Virus record (IMG/VR): IMGVR_UViG_3300034062_003112
Span: 1-37,448 of that record
Reading direction: 5' to 3' (one strand)
DNA from: a virus
Taxonomy: Duplodnaviria; Caudoviricetes
DNA length: 37,448 bases
Below, piece by piece: positions 34,001 to 37,448 of the stretch. The notes beneath the pieces are model-generated. The model was not told the origin of the DNA and did no database searches. It worked only from the letters and a program-made list of their open reading frames with translations. Positions within the stretch are counted from its first letter, which is position 1; each line of letters starts with the position of its first letter. The position numbers and the translations under genes were made by a program.

Positions 34001-37000
34001 CTGAATACAATCGCAAGCTGGTCGCCCTGTTCCGCGAAAAGCCGGAGGACATGACCGAGCAGCAATGGACCGCCTACCAGCAACTTGCGGCGCAGGCCAC
34101 GGACGACGCACAGAGCGACCTGACGGCCCGGTCGCTGCGGGACATGCAATGGCTGTCTGGCGCCCGTGCGCGCGTGCTGCGTAGATTGCAGCGGGAAAAT
34201 GCGGATAAACGTAAAGTGGTCGCAGCCGAGGTCACAGCCGAAGTTATGGCCCAGCCGGTCAATGTCGCCCGCTCTTTCCTGCGCCGCGGCATCGCCCCCA
34301 ATGGCGAGCCCGTTGTCGGCCCGCATAAACTGTCCATTGATCTTATGAAAGCTCGTTATCCAGAAACAGATGTTGATGGAAAACTTGTTCGTTCAATAGT
34401 TTTCGCTCGCCTCGGCTACGGCCAATACGGCATGCTGGCGAAAGACGGTATGGACCCCGACATGGCGGCCGAGCTGCTTGGGTATCCGTCTGGCGATGCT
34501 TTAATCAACGATCTTCTTTCGGCGCAGCCAGAAGATTACGTCATCAAAACCGAAACAGACCGGCGCATGCTTGAGCGCTTTGGCGATCTGAATGACGAGA
34601 CGAAACTGTCTCGCGCGGCGGATGAGGTCATACACAGCGCCATGCGCGCCAAGGTCCTGCAAGCTGAATACGCCGCCCTGTCCAAGGCCGCCAAGCAAAC
34701 ACGGCCAGTGGCTCTTGCTGCCAAAGAGATCGCCAAGGAGATCGTCGGCCGGCAGGTTGCATCCAAGCTGAACCTTAACCGCTATCTGGCGGCAGAGCGT
34801 GCCGCTGGCCGCAAGGCTGAAGCCGCCATGCGATCGGGCGATTTCCGCGCCGCTGCAAGCGCCAAGCGTGACCAGCTGTTGAACTTTGAGGTCGTCCGCG
34901 AAGTGCAGCGTGTTCTGAAAGAGCGCAACCGGGCTCTGGATCTGTTCTCACGCATCAACAAGGCAAAGCGCGACACGGTGGCCAAGACCCGCAATTATGA
35001 TCTGGTGCAGGCGGCCAGGGCGATACTGGCGGCTTACGGGTTCGGGTCGGTGAAGAATAAGCCAACCGACTACATCAAGCTTATTGCTGAATATAACTCT
35101 ACACTTTTTGAAGCCCTTGAGCCCGTCATCAATGATGCCATCAAGGGGAAAACTCTAGACCAGCTTACGGTCGCTGAGTTCCTTGGACTGCACAGCACCA
35201 TCAAGGAAATATGGGACCTCTCGCGCGAGGAAATGAAAGTTCAGATAGAAGGAAGACAGGAAGAGCTGTCCAAAATTCTTGATGAGTTTGACGACCAGTT
35301 TGTCCTGCTGAAGGTTCAGGCCCCAACATTCCCGAAGGAAAGCCCGACGGAGACGGAGGAGAAACTCAGAGAGTTTACAAGCATACCATCCCTTGCGCGC
35401 CGGATTGAGTCGCTCATGAGGCTTTTTGACTTGGGAAAGACAGGCCCATTTACAAAATACATCTGGCGACCTGTCAGCGAAGCGGCTGAAAGATATCGGG
35501 CAGACCAAAGCAAGTATTACAGCAAGCTGAAAGACCTGTTCAAGGAATATGAAAGCGTCTTTGAAAACACCAGAGGCAAAATCTCATGCAATGAACCTGG
35601 AGAGATCGGGTTCACGTTCAAAGGCGGCAAGCCTCAACTTCTGCATGCGATCGCCCATACAGGCAACGCCAGCAACAAGCGCAAGCTTCTGCTTGGTTAC
35701 GGCTGGGGATCTCTCGACCAGGATGGTAACCTGATCGACAACGCATGGCAGAATACCATCAATCGACTTGCACGCGATGGCATTCTGACCAAGGCTGATT
35801 TTGATTTTGTGCAAAAGCTTTGGGATATTAATGAAGAGATAAAGCCTCTCGCACAAGAAACGCACCGCAAAGTATTTGGCGCTTACTTTGATGAGATTAC
35901 GGCAGAGGAAATGCAGACGCCGTTTGGCGCATACAGGGGCGGATACATGCCCGCCATTACGCGCAAAGATGTTGTGCCAAAAGACCAAAAGCGAGCGGCG
36001 CAGGAAATTCTTGATACCAGCCAATCCGCCATGTTCCCGGCTGCTCCGAACGGATTTACAAAAACGCGTAATGAGCAATACGCGGAAGCCCTGGCGTTAA
36101 ACCTCAACCTTATTCCCCAGCACGTAAATAAGGTGTTGAAGTTCGCGCACATGGCTGGCGCGGTTAAAGACGTGCTGAAAATTACAAACAATAAAAACTT
36201 TTCCCGATCCCTTGAGGCTGCTTATCCCGGCATTGATGCGACGGCCATAACGCCATGGCTGAACAGATCTGTTCGTCAGATCATTGAAACGCCGATTGCC
36301 AATCCAGCTCTCAAGCATCTGGACAGTTTCGCCGGATACCTCCGCACAAACAGCGGCATCGGAATTATGTTTGCCAACCTTGTCAACTCAATCCAGAACG
36401 TCACGGGTATTACCAATGCGATATTGCGGATAAATCCGGTTTATCTCGCAAGAGCGCATGTCAATTATACGCGCAACCCGTTTCAGATGCGGAAGTTTAT
36501 CAATCAGGCATCACTCATGATGACCAACCGCGCCGATACTCAGGTTGCGGCAATGAACAACACGATACAAACCGTCATGAGGGGGAAAGATGTTTTCAAC
36601 ACCGTCAGGGATTTTTCCAAACAGCACGCTTATTTCGCACAATTAGCTGTTCAGAACACCATCGATACAATCACATGGATGGGCGCTTACGATCAGGCGA
36701 TATCAAAAGGCGAAACATCTTCTGAAGCCGCCAAACAGGCAGACGCAATCGTTCGTCAGACGCAAGGTTCATCGGCTGCAGAAGACATCAGCTATGCAGA
36801 AACAGGGCCGCATTTCATCCGCCTGTTCACCCATATGTATGGCTATTTCAACATGCTGGGCAATTTGTATTCGACCGAAATCAGGATCGCTTTCCGCTCA
36901 AGCGGAATAAAAAAAGGTCTTGGAATGCTGTTTTTTGTTTACGTCGCTGGATATCTGCCCATGTCCATGCTTGGCGGTTTGATTGCGGACGGCATGCGCG

Positions 37001-37434
37001 GTCAATTGCCGGAGGAAGAAGAAGAAGAAGGCTGGCTTGGGCCGTGGCTGGAATACTATTTCAACACACAGATAAAGACAGCTACTGCCTTCGTCCCGAT
37101 ATTTGGCCAGGGCATTCAAGGCTTTTTCAACGCCTTCAACGACAAGCCTTACGACGATCGCGTCCTGCAGAGCCCCGGCGTTGGAGCGGCGGAAACCATA
37201 ATACGCACTCCGTTCACCGTTGTTGAAGCGATTACCGGCGAAGGCGATGCCTCTAAGGCGATCAAGGACACGCTGTCCCTGATGACTACGCTTACCGGCA
37301 TTCCCTTCCAGGCTCTTGGCAGGCCCATTGGCTACGCGGTCGACGTTGCCGAGGGCGACATTGAGCCCACAAGCGAACTGGATTACATACGGGGGCTTGT
37401 AACCGGCACAGCCTCCGAGGCGTCAAGACAATAG
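28081..37434 (+). CDS. Giant internal virion/ejection protein (gp16 position), polyvalent type: ART-like domain, two unknown modules, zincin metallopeptidase, helical C-terminal region
   Basis: Uninterrupted 3117-aa ORF with TTG start. YHGS...GYDGV...IFDPSNIRS at aa ~750-925; HEMGH at aa 1835-1839 with downstream HEKYA; hydrophobic segment near 36915-36990. Confidence 0.85.
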   Translation: MPPNDPPEQNENIRDIARSLRISPEAARSMMERQTAEPLDFETFGYLGDYPTRPENVDVAPWARTDERLIDFFSAKRQQQAPADPLSDFFKTKAAASLQTQAVSRNAAMMSAIATNPDQEAAIRKMASRMEMPVSLVRGMGMAEAQNKVARDNVNPANTPSLAKAYSQPDWAQLAIDDWEKLSDVERIIRQAGGWQNEISNARSQINEFEHKLFLGQPLRPSEQLKYQDLENRIRVLSQQQKAGETGPSYVLNVISGTATDVASSLPEMAIYGTVGLIGGPQGARYGAQVGSAFYNYRQIVGTTFKEYRNIRDQTTGEFIDQDVARGGAFINAIFSVGLETFADKVLLGLVVPGAEKFLSTPGKDVVSQLLQSEGGRNVMMRVGKKVATGAIVEAVTEAIQEGSAILGGETVKAVAPGDFAPISEEETRQRIQTAAIEGGIGGGGLAGIAAGPQIIIENRAIARAERELATSKGSVDAVERAVQAASESKLIARDRGELEKFIDDAAADGPVSTVYFSADDLANVAREAGLEPQQLAQQLGVTDQIQPASVTNALLEMPVGKFIATVADTDLAKPLIQVIKTNPFLLNRAEQEAYSSGGRQDIIAEADRLVQQALTDETFAAEAQSIQDEVLQQFRAFEGGEVFTPEVNRAYATITTQGYVSLARRMGISPREAYQKYQTGPLQIQRQAATEEGMGQPVLAQAKQVGYEGQSIGEAQEWVRAREKGLDMSQEGRLQRAQEMGFDTGRVVYHGSPYSIDAFDVTRGGELTKVDVAKEGIFLVDQPDIAAGYATTGLSLRAQNDVLPIARKVNSGETAYDFQGNKINPKTFDAMELVKERIETLRKEGMSEGATYPLVVRGNIKVVEGADQRLEGQKDFVKMFASLPADEIRRAKEEGYDGVRFVQTTDYGNVGDYTVIFDPSNIRSVNAAFDPEFAESANILAQDLIPPDIQAEMVRIYNENIGTEQEDIDRFINSRDAEKYNWNKITEQDLIDRIGEDEDVNATFPEAMEIIRQEGAAIEYGTDNNINYAAERDAPKRKEFYADAAYEEGWVKPRPETIDDILQIGVDEFAASQVMEYLAETEGWTATKVRKNYRYQTLEKEVAGGVVYLNVRISDHAKQSAVGHAVYGKDDIDINLAPSVGEGNEQYAADDFNSMLMKMREAEQRGPLDENILGQERELDAMGFYSAVQEAAVRIPDNIWAMGWQAARNAIAKGRGGLPPRRTEMEYLGLDAMFGDTEIRPGDNFPRKGAALKEAVLEHIAAKRLALVENFVRFDPNEKKMPSKRAMLEAMSPQALSSLINVEFQNQGDGRGKIVSDLGNPLYLYIQRKGEALASPTYYDLMQPQPGGEAKVIATGTIGDLDPIVGKMIFDANPERAVRRIDKDALAEAYQEGYASNLVRGPGDIRLPGEDVPMFEAVIGIPKGVPGAEYQAPVSHVGGKAKGTLVTAHGEERIDDKGQRTIFVGQVQSDIAQEAREKKDRVRGVEKASELSAEVMKASGIKDRRTALDYLYEIQEVDGRKTSQEYFDERWKNVNDHYVLSPALQEYARRNDMEFTFLPTAYDLEQANTYSPDRLRAPLITTSEWTNVAVRAMIYRAARQGFQSISFPTGQTSAIIQGNEEAVMHYETNVKGALEKIARQLGGEVRRGSVKYNPLDQAEWENLPQETAEKALASLWSRLPPVVRGTIRMNMPNMRKTDDGEFYVATASRPGKDDSGVGKDTYEWTFAREAKRNPLIAAYQIWVQGAMIFGQPGAFERLITAAGGPQGAVTEALQQAIAEGEPASAYILDLTPEMRSKIVTEGFPLFAPGRRAQYQPDLNRIMLLPKADWSSYLHEMGHHFLEVYNNAALQIMQTPEADRTPDEQELVDEMRLLLTDMARQAGTPITGDVLQWWANTPLDDRRPVHEKYAQATEKYFMEGKAPVPELQSLFDKFRDWLIETYKRLATALNVELSDEVRGVMDRMYAAHETVRTAEYNRKLVALFREKPEDMTEQQWTAYQQLAAQATDDAQSDLTARSLRDMQWLSGARARVLRRLQRENADKRKVVAAEVTAEVMAQPVNVARSFLRRGIAPNGEPVVGPHKLSIDLMKARYPETDVDGKLVRSIVFARLGYGQYGMLAKDGMDPDMAAELLGYPSGDALINDLLSAQPEDYVIKTETDRRMLERFGDLNDETKLSRAADEVIHSAMRAKVLQAEYAALSKAAKQTRPVALAAKEIAKEIVGRQVASKLNLNRYLAAERAAGRKAEAAMRSGDFRAAASAKRDQLLNFEVVREVQRVLKERNRALDLFSRINKAKRDTVAKTRNYDLVQAARAILAAYGFGSVKNKPTDYIKLIAEYNSTLFEALEPVINDAIKGKTLDQLTVAEFLGLHSTIKEIWDLSREEMKVQIEGRQEELSKILDEFDDQFVLLKVQAPTFPKESPTETEEKLREFTSIPSLARRIESLMRLFDLGKTGPFTKYIWRPVSEAAERYRADQSKYYSKLKDLFKEYESVFENTRGKISCNEPGEIGFTFKGGKPQLLHAIAHTGNASNKRKLLLGYGWGSLDQDGNLIDNAWQNTINRLARDGILTKADFDFVQKLWDINEEIKPLAQETHRKVFGAYFDEITAEEMQTPFGAYRGGYMPAITRKDVVPKDQKRAAQEILDTSQSAMFPAAPNGFTKTRNEQYAEALALNLNLIPQHVNKVLKFAHMAGAVKDVLKITNNKNFSRSLEAAYPGIDATAITPWLNRSVRQIIETPIANPALKHLDSFAGYLRTNSGIGIMFANLVNSIQNVTGITNAILRINPVYLARAHVNYTRNPFQMRKFINQASLMMTNRADTQVAAMNNTIQTVMRGKDVFNTVRDFSKQHAYFAQLAVQNTIDTITWMGAYDQAISKGETSSEAAKQADAIVRQTQGSSAAEDISYAETGPHFIRLFTHMYGYFNMLGNLYSTEIRIAFRSSGIKKGLGMLFFVYVAGYLPMSMLGGLIADGMRGQLPEEEEEEGWLGPWLEYYFNTQIKTATAFVPIFGQGIQGFFNAFNDKPYDDRVLQSPGVGAAETIIRTPFTVVEAITGEGDASKAIKDTLSLMTTLTGIPFQALGRPIGYAVDVAEGDIEPTSELDYIRGLVTGTASEASRQ

Positions 37435-37448
37435 GAGACGAATATGTC
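37433..37448 (+). other. RBS and start codon of the next gene (truncated by the window end)
   Basis: AGGAG at 37433-37437 and ATG at 37444. Confidence 0.6.

Noticed and set aside
1-37448. Stop-codon reassignment, introns/inteins, tRNA genes, integrase/att sites
   Set aside because: Core genes are intact and of normal length in the standard code, and all three stop codons are used. I recognised no intein, tRNA cloverleaf or recombinase motif by eye.

Overview
The window is most of the genome of a tailed dsDNA phage with a podovirus-type virion module. Gene order resembles Bordetella phage BPP-1: TerS, TerL, portal, Bbp19-like, scaffold, major capsid, Bbp16-like cement, tail tubular A/B, then three internal virion proteins. 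It is GC-rich with AT-richer patches, and the host is probably an alphaproteobacterium (inference). It starts inside a membrane-protein gene and ends at the start of another gene, so the genome is incomplete or permuted. From left to right: a lysis cassette (lysozyme fused through a poly-Pro linker to a holin-like membrane domain, overlapped spanins, one small unannotated membrane gene); a leftward operon of tiny coupled ORFs; a divergent control region with an XRE/Cro-type HTH gene; a recombination/replication module (RusA, Sak4-like ATPase, SSB-like, Cas4-like exonuclease, HTH-coil-GIY-YIG nuclease, TOPRIM primase-helicase, candidate origin); packaging and head genes interrupted by a ~4.7 kb fibre/spike cluster; tail genes; and a 3117-aa protein. 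I saw no integrase, DNA/RNA polymerase, reverse transcriptase, tRNA or CRISPR array. The best candidate for an undescribed system is the giant protein. Three cargo modules (ADP-ribosyltransferase-like, an RISDH-motif domain, a QSD-motif domain) are bounded by repeated (N)[IV]L[AG]Q linkers and lie just upstream of an HExxH metallopeptidase, which suggests an injected, self-processing effector polyprotein. All family assignments come from motif recognition by eye; no searches were run.
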